Origin: Clostridia bacterium
GTDB taxonomy: Bacteria; Bacillota; Clostridia; Oscillospirales; CAG-272
Length of the DNA stretch: 64,000 bases
Reading direction: 5' to 3'
Assembly (NCBI GenBank): GCA_017502875.1
Contig: JAFVUF010000018.1
Span: 691-64,690, forward strand
Shown here: one piece after another, positions 17,607 to 28,220 of the stretch
How the letters are laid out: the number at the start of each line of letters is the position of its first letter
How positions within the stretch are numbered: the stretch's first letter is position 1
Notes under the pieces: generated by a model
The model's input: only the letters and a program-made list of their open reading frames with translations
Database searches by the model: none
Told to the model about the DNA's origin: nothing
Made by a program: the position numbers and the translations under genes

Positions 17607-19445
17607 TCAGTTCTCCGTTTGTTCCTCTCTGTGAAAATACATATATACCGCGGAAGCGTCCTTTTTTGTTATACCGTTTACCGCTGCAATCTCGTCAGCG
17701 CTCGCGTTTTTGAGCGCCTCGACGCTTTTGAAATGAGTTATCAGCGCCCTTGCTTTCGCCTGACCTATGCCATTAATCTCCGTAAGGACGGATTTTTTTA
17801 CAGATTTTCTTTTTGCTCTCTGCATATTTCCGAAGGTGAAGCGGTGTACTTCCTCCTGGATTCTGTATATAAAATTAAATACTGCCTGCTCTCTGGCAAT
17901 GCTTATCTCACCGTCCTCGCGCGTCAAGGCTCTTGTCTTGTGAAAATCGTCCTTTACCATTCCGAATACGGGAATGTCGCAGTTAAGCTCAGCCATAAGC
18001 TCGGAAATGCCAGAAACGTGTCCCTTTCCGCCGTCAAGCAGTATAAGGTCGGGATAGGTGTCCTCGGCGTGAGAAAGCCTGCGGCTTATCGCCTCTCTCA
18101 TTGACTGATAGTCATTAGGGGCGTCCACCGATTTGATTTTATAGGTACGGTAAGCTGCTTTATTGAATTTTCCGTTTAAAACCGATATCTTACCCGCGGT
18201 AATGTTATCCGAGCCCATATTTGAAATGTCGTATGCCTCGATAAGCTCGGGCACGACCTCAAGAGACAGCAGCTGAGCAAGTCGCAGAGCGATATCGCTT
18301 TGCTTTTCTGCCGCGCTTTTGAATTTGGTCGCCTGCTCGCGCGCGTTTTCTCTTACCATGGCGCAGAGCTGCTTTGCGTTGCCCTTTTCGGGAAAGCGGA
18401 GCTTGACCTTAGCGCCGCATTTGACCGATAGAAATTCAACAAGGTCATTTTCGGAATCGCTTGAAAGAGGAAAGTCGAGCGTAATCTCGCTCGGTATATA
18501 TTCACGTTTAAGATAAAAGTCGCATAGATAGGCTACAATGTCAGCTTCCTCCGCTATCTTGTCAGAACCGAAAACCTCGGTCTCGCTGTCAGTTATAGAC
18601 CCGTCCCGCACGAAAAATACGGAAATAGCGGAGCAGAAATCGTCCGAATAAACAGCTATAACGTCCTTTTCCTCGTCAGGCGAGCCTACAACCTTCTGTG
18701 TTTGACGGCAGGCGTCAAGCGCTCTGATGCGATCACGCAGCTTAGCCGCGGTTTCAAAGCTCAGCTCCTCCGCCGCCTTCATCATCTGCGCCTCAAGCTC
18801 ACGCTTTACAGCTCCAAATGAGCCTCTGAGAAACGCCGCCGCCTTTTTGCATAGCTCCCTGTATTCATTAGCTGATATACTGTTGTCGCAAGGTGCGGAG
18901 CACTGTCCGAGCTGCTTATATATGCAGGGGCGCTCCTTTCCGATATCCTTCGGAAAGCTTCTGCCGCAGGAGGCGAGTCCAAACGCCTTTTGCGCCGTTT
19001 TCATAAGCGATATAGCTGTATAAGCGCCGCTGAACGGTCCGAAATATTTTGCTCCGTCGTCGCTTCGGCGTCGGGTAAACGTGAGCGCGGGGTATTCCTC
19101 GTTCAACGTGAGTTTAAGATAAGGATAGGTCTTGCCGTCCTTAAGCTTTATATTGAACTTAGGCTTGTGAAGCTTTATGAGGCGGTTTTCAAGAGCGAGC
19201 GCCTCAATATTTGAATCGGTGAGCATGTAATCGAAATCATGAACCTTGCTCACCATTGTAAGAGTTTTGATCGGGTGATTTTTTATGTCTGTGAAGTATG
19301 AGGAAACACGGTTTTTCATTGCCTTGGATTTACCGACGTAAATTATCCTGCCGTTTTTATCTTTCATAAGGTAAACACCTGGAGTAAGCGGCAGGGAATT
19401 GGCTTTTTTTCTTAGGAAAGCAATAAGCTCGTCGTTAATAAGCAC
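17607..19445 (-). CDS. uvrC: Excinuclease ABC subunit C
   Basis: GIY-YIG N-terminus (PGVYLMKDKNGRIIYVGKS), UVR domain, C-terminal HhH. The ORF-track start 19496 runs through the ptsH-like terminator. GTG 19445 lies 10 nt after GGGAGG (19456-19461); ATG 19466 is an alternative. Confidence 0.9.
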   Translation of the reverse strand: MLINDELIAFLRKKANSLPLTPGVYLMKDKNGRIIYVGKSKAMKNRVSSYFTDIKNHPIKTLTMVSKVHDFDYMLTDSNIEALALENRLIKLHKPKFNIKLKDGKTYPYLKLTLNEEYPALTFTRRRSDDGAKYFGPFSGAYTAISLMKTAQKAFGLASCGRSFPKDIGKERPCIYKQLGQCSAPCDNSISANEYRELCKKAAAFLRGSFGAVKRELEAQMMKAAEELSFETAAKLRDRIRALDACRQTQKVVGSPDEEKDVIAVYSDDFCSAISVFFVRDGSITDSETEVFGSDKIAEEADIVAYLCDFYLKREYIPSEITLDFPLSSDSENDLVEFLSVKCGAKVKLRFPEKGNAKQLCAMVRENAREQATKFKSAAEKQSDIALRLAQLLSLEVVPELIEAYDISNMGSDNITAGKISVLNGKFNKAAYRTYKIKSVDAPNDYQSMREAISRRLSHAEDTYPDLILLDGGKGHVSGISELMAELNCDIPVFGMVKDDFHKTRALTREDGEISIAREQAVFNFIYRIQEEVHRFTFGNMQRAKRKSVKKSVLTEINGIGQAKARALITHFKSVEALKNASADEIAAVNGITKKDASAVYMYFHREEQTEN

Positions 19446-19465
19446 CGTATCTATTCCTCCCTTCA

Positions 19466-19510
19466 TTAAAAATAAAAAGCAGACCGAGTCGTGCAACCAA
19501 GTCTGCTTTT
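19466..19510 (-). terminator. Terminator of the HPr-like gene
   Basis: On the minus strand: aaaagcagac ... gtctgctttt, followed by a T-rich run. Confidence 0.65.
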
Positions 19511-19555
19511 AGCTTTTCAGATCATCCGACCGTTTTATATGTGGTAACGGCGAAA

Positions 19556-19816
19556 TTACTTGTCAAATCCTTTGTCGATAAGCTCGGAAAGCTTCGCTAT
19601 TGCCTCCTCGGCGTCCGAGCCCTCCGCAATAATAGAAATAGTCATATCCTTCTTAGCGCCGAGAGAGATAACACCAAGCAGGCTCTTTGCGTTAGCCTTG
19701 CGGTCCTCGGTTTCAAGCCAGATGGAGCACTTGAAGGAGTTGGCAACCTGAACGAGACGGGGCGCATTGGAAGCGTTAAGACCAAGCGCGTTGGTTATAG
19801 TGAGTTCGCGTGTCAT
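19556..19816 (-). CDS. HPr-family protein of the Crh type (His15 replaced by Asn, Ser46 region retained)
   Basis: 86 aa. Aligns to HPr/Crh by eye: GLNASNAPRLVQVANSF versus GLHARPA..LVQ.A..F, with the ANAKSLLGVISLG Ser46 motif conserved. Confidence 0.85.
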   Translation of the reverse strand: MTRELTITNALGLNASNAPRLVQVANSFKCSIWLETEDRKANAKSLLGVISLGAKKDMTISIIAEGSDAEEAIAKLSELIDKGFDK

Positions 19817-19869
19817 AAAATACCTCCGCGTGCCTACAAATTAGGCACTCTATAATTCTTCTTATTATA

Positions 19870-19898
19870 ATTATAGCAAAAACCGAAAGAAAAATCAA
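19870..19898 (-). promoter_or_regulatory. Sigma-A-type promoter of the HPr-like gene
   Basis: On the minus strand: TTGATT, 17 nt, TATAAT. Confidence 0.6.
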
Positions 19899-20026
19899 TA
19901 GCTATACACAAAAAAGAAAATTATTGTACCTTTTGTCCAAAAGCATGGCGGTTTTGATTTTAAACTTGGTGCTTTTTACTTTTTTGCGCTTAAACAAAAA
20001 ATACGGAAGCAGATGAGATTTTTTGC

Positions 20027-20055
20027 TTGACAAAACGTTAAAAATAATGTATAAT
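20027..20055 (+). promoter_or_regulatory. Sigma-A-type promoter of the valS leader
   Basis: TTGACA (20027-20032), 17 nt, TATAAT (20050-20055). Confidence 0.75.
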
Positions 20056-20071
20056 ATAAAAGAACATATAA

Positions 20072-20298
20072 AGACGTTGAAGCGGAGGAGTACCGTTAAC
20101 CGAGCCTTTACAGAGAGCAGGGCAGTAGCTGTGAGCCTTGTAGGCAGGTATGTGGGAAGGTCGCCGCGGAGTTCGCGCTTGGGAGAGCGCGCGTAGCATC
20201 TGCGTTAAGGATAATGAGTGCGCCATTTTTACTGTGGCGAATTCGGGTGGTAACACGGCAAAGCCGTCCCGTTGTGTAATACGACGGGACGGCTTTTT
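20072..20298 (+). promoter_or_regulatory. T-box riboswitch (Val) with terminator
   Basis: Stem I with an AGAGA box (20112-20116). GUA/GUG valine codons at 20140-20154 on the 3' side of Stem I. T-box sequence aattcGGGTGGtaacacgg (20240-20257). Terminator gccgtcccgt/acgggacggc plus TTTTT (20260-20298). Confidence 0.85.
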
Positions 20299-20364
20299 AA
20301 AATGGAATTTTGCGAAGTAAAATATGCCTTACAGTAATAATTAACCGAAAGGAAATATATAAAA

Positions 20365-22989
20365 ATGAAGAAGGAACTTGCAAAGACCTACGCGCCTGCC
20401 GAGGTAGAGGATAAGCTCTATGCGCTTTGGTGCGAGAAGGGATATTTCACTCCCAACGTACAGGCGGATAAGGCGGCGGGAAAGAAAACCTACACGATAG
20501 TTATTCCCCCTCCGAACATCACGGGCCAGCTCCACATGGGACACGCCCTTGATAACACACTACAAGATATTTTGATTCGCTACAAGCGTATGAGTGGCTA
20601 TTCTACCTTGTGGCTTCCCGGAACCGACCATGCGTCCATCGCTACCGAGGCGAAGATAGTGGCGGCAATGCGCGAGGAGGGAATCACCAAAGAGGACCTC
20701 GGTCGTGAGAAATTCCTTGAAAGAGCATGGGCTTGGAAGGAAAAGTACGGCGGACGTATCGTTGAGCAATTAAAGAAAATGGGCTCCTCGTGCGACTGGT
20801 CGCGTCTTCGCTTTACGCTTGATGAGGGCTGCAGCCGCGCGGTACGGGACGTATTCTCCCGTCTTTACAATAAGGGACTTATCTACCGCGGCGAGCGCAT
20901 TATAAACTGGTGTCCTCACTGTAAGACCTCTATTTCAAACGCCGAGGTCGAATTTGAGGAGCAGAAGGGACATTTCTGGCATATCCGCTATCCTCTGGTA
21001 GGTGGCGGCGGCTACGTTGAGGTAGCAACCACCCGTCCCGAAACTCTACTTGGCGATACCGCCGTGGCGGTCAACCCCGAGGACGAAAGATATAAACATC
21101 TTATCGGAACGTACTGTGTGCTTCCTCTTGTTGGCAGACGTATACCGATAGTCGCGGATGAGCACGCCCAGCTTGATAAGGGTACTGGCTGCGTTAAGAT
21201 AACACCCGCGCATGACCCCAATGACTTTGAGGTAGGACGCCGTCAGAAGCTTCCTATGGAGGTCGTTCTTACCGACGACGCAAAGATAACCGATAGCTAT
21301 CCTAAGTACGCCGGTATGGACCGCTACGAGGCGCATAAGGCTATCGTTGAGGACCTGAGAGCAGGCGGTTATCTTGCGGAGATAGAGGATCTTACCCACG
21401 AGGTCGGCACCTGTTACCGCTGCGGTACGACTATTGAGCCTATGATCTCGCTTCAATGGTTTGTACGTATGGAGCCTCTCGCAAAGCCCGCTGTTAAAGC
21501 GGTTCGCCAGGGTGATATCAGGTTCGTTCCCGAGCGCTTCAGTAAAAACTACTATCATTGGATGGAGAACACGCAGGATTGGTGCATTTCCCGTCAGCTC
21601 TGGTGGGGACACAGAATTCCCGCTTACTATTGCCAGGATTGCGGTGAGATGGTGGTTTCCGCTGATAACGTAGACACCTGCGCCAAGTGCGGCGGTAAGA
21701 TGGAGCAGGACCCCGATACTCTTGACACCTGGTTTTCTTCAGCGCTCTGGCCCTTCTCAACTCTCGGTTGGCCGGACGAAACAGAGGACTTAAAACACTT
21801 CTATCCTACCAATACGCTGGTTACGGGTTACGACATTATCACCTTCTGGGTATCCAGAATGATATTCTCGGCTCTTGAATACACCGACAGTATTCCGTTT
21901 GATACCGTACTTATCCACGGTCTTGTCCGAGATGCGCAGGGCAGAAAGATGAGTAAGTCTCTCGGAAACGGAATAGATCCGCTTGAAATCATCGAGAAGT
22001 ACGGCGCCGACGCCCTCCGCTTTGCGCTCGCTACGGGTAACTCCCCCGGAAACGATATGCGCTTCTCTGACGAGAAGATAGAGGCGGCGAGAAACTTCAA
22101 TAATAAAATTTGGAACGCGGCTCGCTTCGTAATGATGAAGCTTGACGAGGATACCGAGTTCGGTCTGCCGAGCGCAAACGAGCTTGCCACAGAAGATAAG
22201 TGGATTATTTCGAGATTTAACCGCCTTGTAAAGGAGGTTACCGAGAATATTGATAAGTACGAGCTGGGCGTTGCGCTTGCTAAGCTTTACGATTTTGTTT
22301 GGGACGTATTCTGCGATTGGTATATCGAGCTTGTAAAGCAGAGAATGACCGACGGAGATAAGGTAGCGATGAAGGTAATCGCTTACGTTTTCAGCCAGAC
22401 CATGAAGCTTCTCCACCCCTATATGCCCTTTATTACAGAGGAAATCTGGCAGACGCTTCCTCATGTTGGCGAAAGCATAGTTATAAGCGAGTTCCCAATG
22501 TATGACCCCGCCCTTGATTTCGCAAAGGACGAGGCGGCAATTGAGAAGATTATCGGCTGTATCCGCGCTATAAGAAATCGCCGCGCGGAGATGAACGTAC
22601 CTCCGTCAAAGAAGGCGAAGCTTATGATAGTAACTCAGGACAGCGAGACCTTCACGGAAAAGAGCAAGGTGTTCTTTACCAAGCTCGCTTCGGCGTCAGA
22701 CGTCGAAATCGCGACTGCGGGTGAGATTGAAAACGCCGTCCAGATAGTTTCCGACGGCGCTACTCTCTATATTCCGCTTGCCGAAGTTGTTGATACCGAT
22801 AAGGAAAGAGCCAGACTTACAAAGGAGCTTGAAAGACTTTCGGGTGAGATCAAGCGCATAGAAGGTAAGCTTTCAAACGAGGGCTTCGTTTCAAAAGCGC
22901 CCACCGCAGTTATTGAGGGCGAACGGGATAAGCTGGCAAAATATAAGGAAATGCACTGTGCAACCGAAGCGGCGCTTAAGCAGCTTTAA
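20365..22989 (+). CDS. valS: Valine--tRNA ligase
   Basis: [14 protein letters not shown] (HIGH), KMSKSLGN (KMSKS), C-terminal coiled coil, 874 aa. Confidence 0.97.
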   Translation: MKKELAKTYAPAEVEDKLYALWCEKGYFTPNVQADKAAGKKTYTIVIPPPNITGQLHMGHALDNTLQDILIRYKRMSGYSTLWLPGTDHASIATEAKIVAAMREEGITKEDLGREKFLERAWAWKEKYGGRIVEQLKKMGSSCDWSRLRFTLDEGCSRAVRDVFSRLYNKGLIYRGERIINWCPHCKTSISNAEVEFEEQKGHFWHIRYPLVGGGGYVEVATTRPETLLGDTAVAVNPEDERYKHLIGTYCVLPLVGRRIPIVADEHAQLDKGTGCVKITPAHDPNDFEVGRRQKLPMEVVLTDDAKITDSYPKYAGMDRYEAHKAIVEDLRAGGYLAEIEDLTHEVGTCYRCGTTIEPMISLQWFVRMEPLAKPAVKAVRQGDIRFVPERFSKNYYHWMENTQDWCISRQLWWGHRIPAYYCQDCGEMVVSADNVDTCAKCGGKMEQDPDTLDTWFSSALWPFSTLGWPDETEDLKHFYPTNTLVTGYDIITFWVSRMIFSALEYTDSIPFDTVLIHGLVRDAQGRKMSKSLGNGIDPLEIIEKYGADALRFALATGNSPGNDMRFSDEKIEAARNFNNKIWNAARFVMMKLDEDTEFGLPSANELATEDKWIISRFNRLVKEVTENIDKYELGVALAKLYDFVWDVFCDWYIELVKQRMTDGDKVAMKVIAYVFSQTMKLLHPYMPFITEEIWQTLPHVGESIVISEFPMYDPALDFAKDEAAIEKIIGCIRAIRNRRAEMNVPPSKKAKLMIVTQDSETFTEKSKVFFTKLASASDVEIATAGEIENAVQIVSDGATLYIPLAEVVDTDKERARLTKELERLSGEIKRIEGKLSNEGFVSKAPTAVIEGERDKLAKYKEMHCATEAALKQL

Positions 22990-23009
22990 TTTAATATACC
23001 GAATTCCCT

Positions 23010-23040
23010 AACGGGCTGTCATTTTTTGACAGCCCGTTTT
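23010..23040 (+). terminator. Rho-independent terminator of valS
   Basis: aacgggctgtca / tgacagcccgtt stem followed by TTT. Confidence 0.8.
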
Positions 23041-23108
23041 ATCATAAATAGGCGCCGGTCTACATAGTATTATCCTATAAACTACTTAGAAAGGACAGGT
23101 CAAAAAGG

Positions 23109-25343
23109 GTGCAGGGGCAGGCAAGGATAAACGAGCATCGCTTAAAAAAACGTTATAGCGCTATACTGATAGTGTTTTCACTGTGCTTTCTGGTGCTTAC
23201 GGGCAGACTTTTCGTGCTTCAGGTAATAAAGCACGAGGAGTATCTCGGCAAAGCAAGGGATAATATAGAGAGCGAAACGGCGCTTAAAGCGGAAAGAGGG
23301 ATAATATACGACAGAAATATGGTTCCGCTTGCGGTAAACGTTAGTACTTACAGAGTTTACATTTCTCCAAGAGACGTAAAGGACGAAAAAGAAGCTGAAA
23401 TGATAGCAAAAGGGCTTTCGGAGATACTCGGAGTTAACTACGAAACGGTGCTTACGGGCGCAAAAAACAGCAAAACCCGTGATAGAACGGTTAAGAAAAA
23501 GGCTACCGAGGACGAAAAAAACAGAGTGCTTGAATTCGCGCTTTCCGAGGGGCTTACCCATTGCGTGCATACAGAGGCGGGAAACGCAAGGTATTATCCT
23601 TACGGAAGCCTTGCGGCAAGCGTTATAGGCTTCGTAGGAACTGACGGTGGACTTTTGGGAGTCGAGGCGTATTACGACGCTTACCTGAGAGGCGTGGACG
23701 GTAAATACATAACCCAGAAGAACGCTTCGGGCGAGAGCCTTCCGGAGTCCGAGGATACCTACGTAAAGGCGGTAAACGGGTCGGACGTTATCTTAACGAT
23801 AGATATTACCTTACAAGCCTTGCTTGAGGCGCAGCTTAAAGAGACGTATATCGACTCAAAGGCGCAAAATAAGGTCATGGGCGTGGCGCTGGATTACGAA
23901 ACGGGCGAGGTGCTTGCCATGGCTACCTATCCGTCCTTTGACTTAAACGACCCGTATACCTTAAATGAATACTATCTTGAAAAGCTGAGCGCGCTTAACT
24001 TAGCCGAGGGAAGCGAGGAATATTTAAAAAGCAAGAATAATTTTCTGTATGAGATGTGGAACAATAAAGCGGTCTCAACTCTTTACGAGCCGGGCTCAAC
24101 CTTCAAAATCATCACTACTTCGATAGCGCTTGAAGAAAAGGTGTCTACGGTAAACGAGGGCTTTCACTGTACGGGAGCGCTGAAAATAGACGGCTACGGA
24201 ACTCCGATAAGATGCCATAAGCGAGGCGGGCACGGCAGCCTTACGTTTTCCGAGGCTTTGCAAAAATCCTGCAATCCCACGATGATAAGACTTGCGCAGA
24301 GAATAGGAAATACTAAATTTATGGAGTATTTCAAGGCGCTCGGTTATACGTCAAAGACGGGAATAGACCTTCCGGGCGAGGCGCTTGGAATATTCCATAC
24401 GGACGAGGGCTTTAATAACGTCGAGCTTTCGGTTTACTCCTTTGGTCAGACCTTTAAGACCACGGCGCTTCAGCAGATAACCGCGGTTTCGGCTGTGGCA
24501 AACGGCGGAACACTCGTTACCCCATACGTTGTCAGGGAAATACGCGGACAGGGCGGAAATATTGAGTATTCAAGCGTCGGTAAAAATAAAGGACGGGTTC
24601 TGAGCGAAAGCAGCTGTGAAACGATTAGCAAAATACTCTCCGAAGGTGTTTTAGGAGACGGCGGAGCGAAAAACGCGGGCGTTGCGGGATATAATATTGC
24701 GGCAAAGACGGGTACGTCGCAAAAAAGAGACATTAAGGACGCCAATCTATACGTAGGCTCGTGCGTTGGATACGCTTGCTACGACGAAGCGAGTGTTTCG
24801 GTCATAATCGCTGTTGACGAGCCAATGTGCGCAAACTACTACGGAAGTACTGTTGCCGCACCCTACGTTTCGGCGTTTTTTGCCGGCGCGCTTCCGTATC
24901 TGGGAATAGAACCAAGCTATACCGATGAGGAGGAAGCAAGGCTTAACGTGGCAGTCGGTGATTACGTCGGGCTCAGCATAAGCGAAGCAAAAAAGCAGAT
25001 AGGAGCGCTCAGAATAAGCGTAACGGTAGTCGGAAACGGAGATACGGTGCTAAATCAGATGCCAAAAGCAAACTCCAAGGTAAGCCGAGACGGTGGCAGA
25101 GTTATTCTTTATACAGGCGGTGAGGAGCAGAGTGTGGCGACAGTTCCAAGGGTAGAGGGTATGAACGCAAGCGAGGCGATAGAGATACTTATAAACGCCG
25201 GCTTTAACGTAAGACTTGAGGGCGCTACCGACTATAAAAAAGGCGTAGGAGCGACGGTGGTCAGGCAGGAATATGCGGGGACGGAGCTTGAAAAGGGAAC
25301 GGCGGTTACGCTATGGCTGAAATATCTTGATAACAGTGAATAG
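23109..25343 (+). CDS. Class B penicillin-binding protein (FtsI/SpoVD/PBP2B-like) with two C-terminal PASTA domains
   Basis: N-terminal TM anchor. STFK, SCN and KTGT motifs. Two PASTA-like repeats at the C-terminus. GTG start. Confidence 0.9.
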   Translation: MQGQARINEHRLKKRYSAILIVFSLCFLVLTGRLFVLQVIKHEEYLGKARDNIESETALKAERGIIYDRNMVPLAVNVSTYRVYISPRDVKDEKEAEMIAKGLSEILGVNYETVLTGAKNSKTRDRTVKKKATEDEKNRVLEFALSEGLTHCVHTEAGNARYYPYGSLAASVIGFVGTDGGLLGVEAYYDAYLRGVDGKYITQKNASGESLPESEDTYVKAVNGSDVILTIDITLQALLEAQLKETYIDSKAQNKVMGVALDYETGEVLAMATYPSFDLNDPYTLNEYYLEKLSALNLAEGSEEYLKSKNNFLYEMWNNKAVSTLYEPGSTFKIITTSIALEEKVSTVNEGFHCTGALKIDGYGTPIRCHKRGGHGSLTFSEALQKSCNPTMIRLAQRIGNTKFMEYFKALGYTSKTGIDLPGEALGIFHTDEGFNNVELSVYSFGQTFKTTALQQITAVSAVANGGTLVTPYVVREIRGQGGNIEYSSVGKNKGRVLSESSCETISKILSEGVLGDGGAKNAGVAGYNIAAKTGTSQKRDIKDANLYVGSCVGYACYDEASVSVIIAVDEPMCANYYGSTVAAPYVSAFFAGALPYLGIEPSYTDEEEARLNVAVGDYVGLSISEAKKQIGALRISVTVVGNGDTVLNQMPKANSKVSRDGGRVILYTGGEEQSVATVPRVEGMNASEAIEILINAGFNVRLEGATDYKKGVGATVVRQEYAGTELEKGTAVTLWLKYLDNSE

Positions 25344-25355
25344 GGGGCAAAAAAC

Positions 25356-26831
25356 TTGTATAGCTTAAAGGAGCTTCTTGATGGCGCGGAGTATACGTGT
25401 AAAAGAGAAATTGACGGTATTTACGTAACGGGAATAAAAAGTAACAGCAGAGACGTTCTTCCGGGGAACGCCTTTGTATGCCTTAAAGGGTGTAAGAAAA
25501 ACGGCGAGGACTATACCGCTGAGGCAATCAGACGCGGCGCTAAGGTGATAATTTGCGATAAAACGTGCGGCAAGTGCGATAAAAACGCGGTGTTTGTTCG
25601 GGTTCCGTCGGTAAGAAGCGTGTATGCGAAAATGGTTTCAGCTATGTACGGAAATCCGTCGAGGGGTCTGAAAATTATTGCGGTAACGGGTACAAACGGT
25701 AAGACTACGGTCTGCCAAATGATAGCCTCGGCTATATGCGAGAGTGGAAAAAGGTGCGCCTTTATAGGAACTCTCGGCGCGTTTTTCGAGGGTAAACGAA
25801 CCTCGCTTGATACAATGACGACGCCTGACCCGGAGGTGCTGTACGCACTTTTAAAGGAGTATAAGGACGGTGGCGCTGAATACGTTGTTATGGAGGCGTC
25901 AAGCCATGCGCTTTCGCTTGGAAAGCTTGACGGACTGACGCCCGAAATTGCGGCGATAACCAATCTTACCGCCGAGCATCTTGATTTCCACGGAAATATG
26001 GATAGCTATTACGAGGCTAAGAAAATACTGTTTGAAAGAGCGAAAAAGGGAGTGTTTCTCTGCGACGACTTCTATACTGTGAAAATGTATGATGAGGCGA
26101 GCTGCGAAAAGGTTTTATGCTCGGTAAACGGAAATGAGGCTAAATACAGAGCTGAGAATATAGGCTATTCCTTTGAAAACGGAACTGTTTTCACCTTGGT
26201 AAAGGGAGAAAGCAGACTTCCGCTTCATTCTCCGATACCTGCTGAGTTTACCGTTTCAAACGCGCTGCTCGCTTCGGCAGTCCTTTCCGAGCTCGGCTTT
26301 GACGATATAAGCATATACCGAGGTCTTGCCTCGCTTCGCTTGGTTAAGGGAAGAATGGAGAGGGTTGCGTCTGATGGAGAAATATCTGTATTTATTGATT
26401 TTGCTCATACACCGGACGCGCTCTCTAAGCTGCTCAATAGCGTAAGGAGAATAAGACGGAGCGAGCAAAGGATAGTTACGCTTTTCGGGTGCGGAGGCGA
26501 CAGAGACAGAACCAAGCGCTCGCTTATGGGGGCGGTGGCATCACGGCTTTCCGATTTTGTTATAATTACCGAGGACAACAGCAGAAGCGAGGAGCCGAGC
26601 GCGATTATAGATGAAATAATGCTTGGCTTTGATAAATCGTGTCCTCACGTAAGGATAGAAAACAGAAAAAAAGCGATAGAGTATGCGGTTATGAACGCCG
26701 AAAAGGGCGATATAATCCTTCTGTGCGGAAAAGGGCACGAAACGTACGAAATAGGTAAAAATGGCGCCGTTCCGTTTTCCGAGAGAGATATCGTAACGCA
26801 GGCTCTTAAAATGAGAAAAAAGGGTAAATAA
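25356..26831 (+). CDS. murE: UDP-N-acetylmuramoyl-L-alanyl-D-glutamate--2,6-diaminopimelate ligase
   Basis: GTNGKTT P-loop and Mur ligase middle/C domains. ITEDNSRSEEP in place of the DNPR motif (Asn and Arg retained). TTG start. Confidence 0.9.
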   Translation: MYSLKELLDGAEYTCKREIDGIYVTGIKSNSRDVLPGNAFVCLKGCKKNGEDYTAEAIRRGAKVIICDKTCGKCDKNAVFVRVPSVRSVYAKMVSAMYGNPSRGLKIIAVTGTNGKTTVCQMIASAICESGKRCAFIGTLGAFFEGKRTSLDTMTTPDPEVLYALLKEYKDGGAEYVVMEASSHALSLGKLDGLTPEIAAITNLTAEHLDFHGNMDSYYEAKKILFERAKKGVFLCDDFYTVKMYDEASCEKVLCSVNGNEAKYRAENIGYSFENGTVFTLVKGESRLPLHSPIPAEFTVSNALLASAVLSELGFDDISIYRGLASLRLVKGRMERVASDGEISVFIDFAHTPDALSKLLNSVRRIRRSEQRIVTLFGCGGDRDRTKRSLMGAVASRLSDFVIITEDNSRSEEPSAIIDEIMLGFDKSCPHVRIENRKKAIEYAVMNAEKGDIILLCGKGHETYEIGKNGAVPFSERDIVTQALKMRKKGK

Positions 26832-26835
26832 GCGT

Positions 26836-28197
26836 ATGATAAAAAGAAGCGTGTACGAGCTTGCCGCCGTTTGCGGCGGACGGGTGTATAACTGTCTGTG
26901 CGACTTTGAAATAGGTATAATTGTTAATAATGACAAGCATTGTGTTAAAAATTGCTGTTACGCCTCGATTGACGGAGAAAATCATAAGGGAAATGAGTTT
27001 GTTTTATCTGCTGTAAAAAACGGCGCTACCGTTATTCTTTGTCAGACGCCGCCAAATGAGAATATCCCGTACGTGCTTGTACCGAGCGTAAGCAAGGCGC
27101 TATGCGATATTGCCGCCTACTACCGAGTAAAAGAGCTGAAAAACGTCGTTGCGGTAACGGGAAGCGTAGGAAAAACAACCGTGAAGGAGATGTGCGCCTC
27201 GGTGATAGCGCAAAGCGGAGCCGTACTGAAAACCGAGGGCAACAAAAACAATCTGCTTGGACTTCCGCTTACCGTTCTTTCAAATACCGATAGCGAAATT
27301 GCGGTGCTTGAAGCTGGGATAAGCGAAAGAGGCGAAATGGACAGACTTGCCGATATCTGCCGCCCTGACGTAGCGGTTATAACAAATATAGGCTTAATGC
27401 ACGGTGAAACGCTCGGTAGCCGTGAGGATATAGCGCGAGAAAAGCTTAAAATAATCGGCGACGGCGCAAAATGTACTCTTATCGTTCCCGTCGGCGAGCC
27501 GTTGCTTAGCCAAAATAACGCCTACAAAACCGTAACCGTCGGTTATGAGAGCGAAAACGCAGATTATTCAGTCTTTAACGCGGAATTTACCGAGGACGGC
27601 AGCCTTTTTGACGTAAAAATAAAGGGCGGAGATATTATTGAAGGCTTGTTTGTGTCAGTTATCGGTCGGCACGGCTGTATTGACGGAGCGTTTGCGGTGG
27701 CGGTCGGAAAAACGCTTGGTATAAGTGAAAATGAGATAAGAAACGGGCTTATGCGGTATAAAACCGTCGGCGACAGACAAAATATAACTGTAAAAAACGG
27801 CTTTACAGTAATGAGGGATTGCTATAATTTCGGACCTGAATCGGCAAATGCGGCGCTGGAGGCTTTTTCGGTGCTATGCGATAAAAGAAAGCCCTGTCGC
27901 TCGGTGGCTATGCTCGGCAGTATGCTTGAGCTTGGCAAGATAAGTGAGAGTGAGCATATAAAGCTTGGTAAGCATATAGCCAAAAGCAAGATAACGCATT
28001 TGATAACAGTAGGCGATTTAGCGCAGAATATAGCTCTCGGAGCGCTTATGGGCGGTATGGATAAAGAGAACGTTTACGCCTTTAAGGACGGGGAGCGAAG
28101 CGAGGCGAAAGCGGCGCTTGACAAGCTATGTATAAGCGGAAGCGCTCTGCTTTTAAAGGGAAGCAGGGGTATGAAAATGGAAGATTTTTTGATTTAA
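26836..28197 (+). CDS. murF: UDP-N-acetylmuramoyl-tripeptide--D-alanyl-D-alanine ligase
   Basis: GSVGKTT P-loop, Mur ligase domains, position between murE and mraY. Confidence 0.9.
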   Translation: MIKRSVYELAAVCGGRVYNCLCDFEIGIIVNNDKHCVKNCCYASIDGENHKGNEFVLSAVKNGATVILCQTPPNENIPYVLVPSVSKALCDIAAYYRVKELKNVVAVTGSVGKTTVKEMCASVIAQSGAVLKTEGNKNNLLGLPLTVLSNTDSEIAVLEAGISERGEMDRLADICRPDVAVITNIGLMHGETLGSREDIAREKLKIIGDGAKCTLIVPVGEPLLSQNNAYKTVTVGYESENADYSVFNAEFTEDGSLFDVKIKGGDIIEGLFVSVIGRHGCIDGAFAVAVGKTLGISENEIRNGLMRYKTVGDRQNITVKNGFTVMRDCYNFGPESANAALEAFSVLCDKRKPCRSVAMLGSMLELGKISESEHIKLGKHIAKSKITHLITVGDLAQNIALGALMGGMDKENVYAFKDGERSEAKAALDKLCISGSALLLKGSRGMKMEDFLI

Positions 28198-28220
28198 GCT
28201 TTGGGTGGGTGATAAGATAG

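Noticed and set aside
19446-19496. ORF-track N-terminal extension of uvrC (MHDSVCFLFLMKGGIDT).
   Set aside because: It overlaps the terminator hairpin and U-tract of the upstream HPr-like gene. A GGGAGG SD serves GTG 19445, which gives a canonical UvrC N-terminus.
26560-26600. MurE specificity motif reads DNSR instead of DNPR, which might indicate a non-mDAP third residue in the peptidoglycan.
   Set aside because: The Asn and Arg that contact the distal carboxylate of meso-DAP are retained. A single Pro-to-Ser change is insufficient to infer altered specificity.
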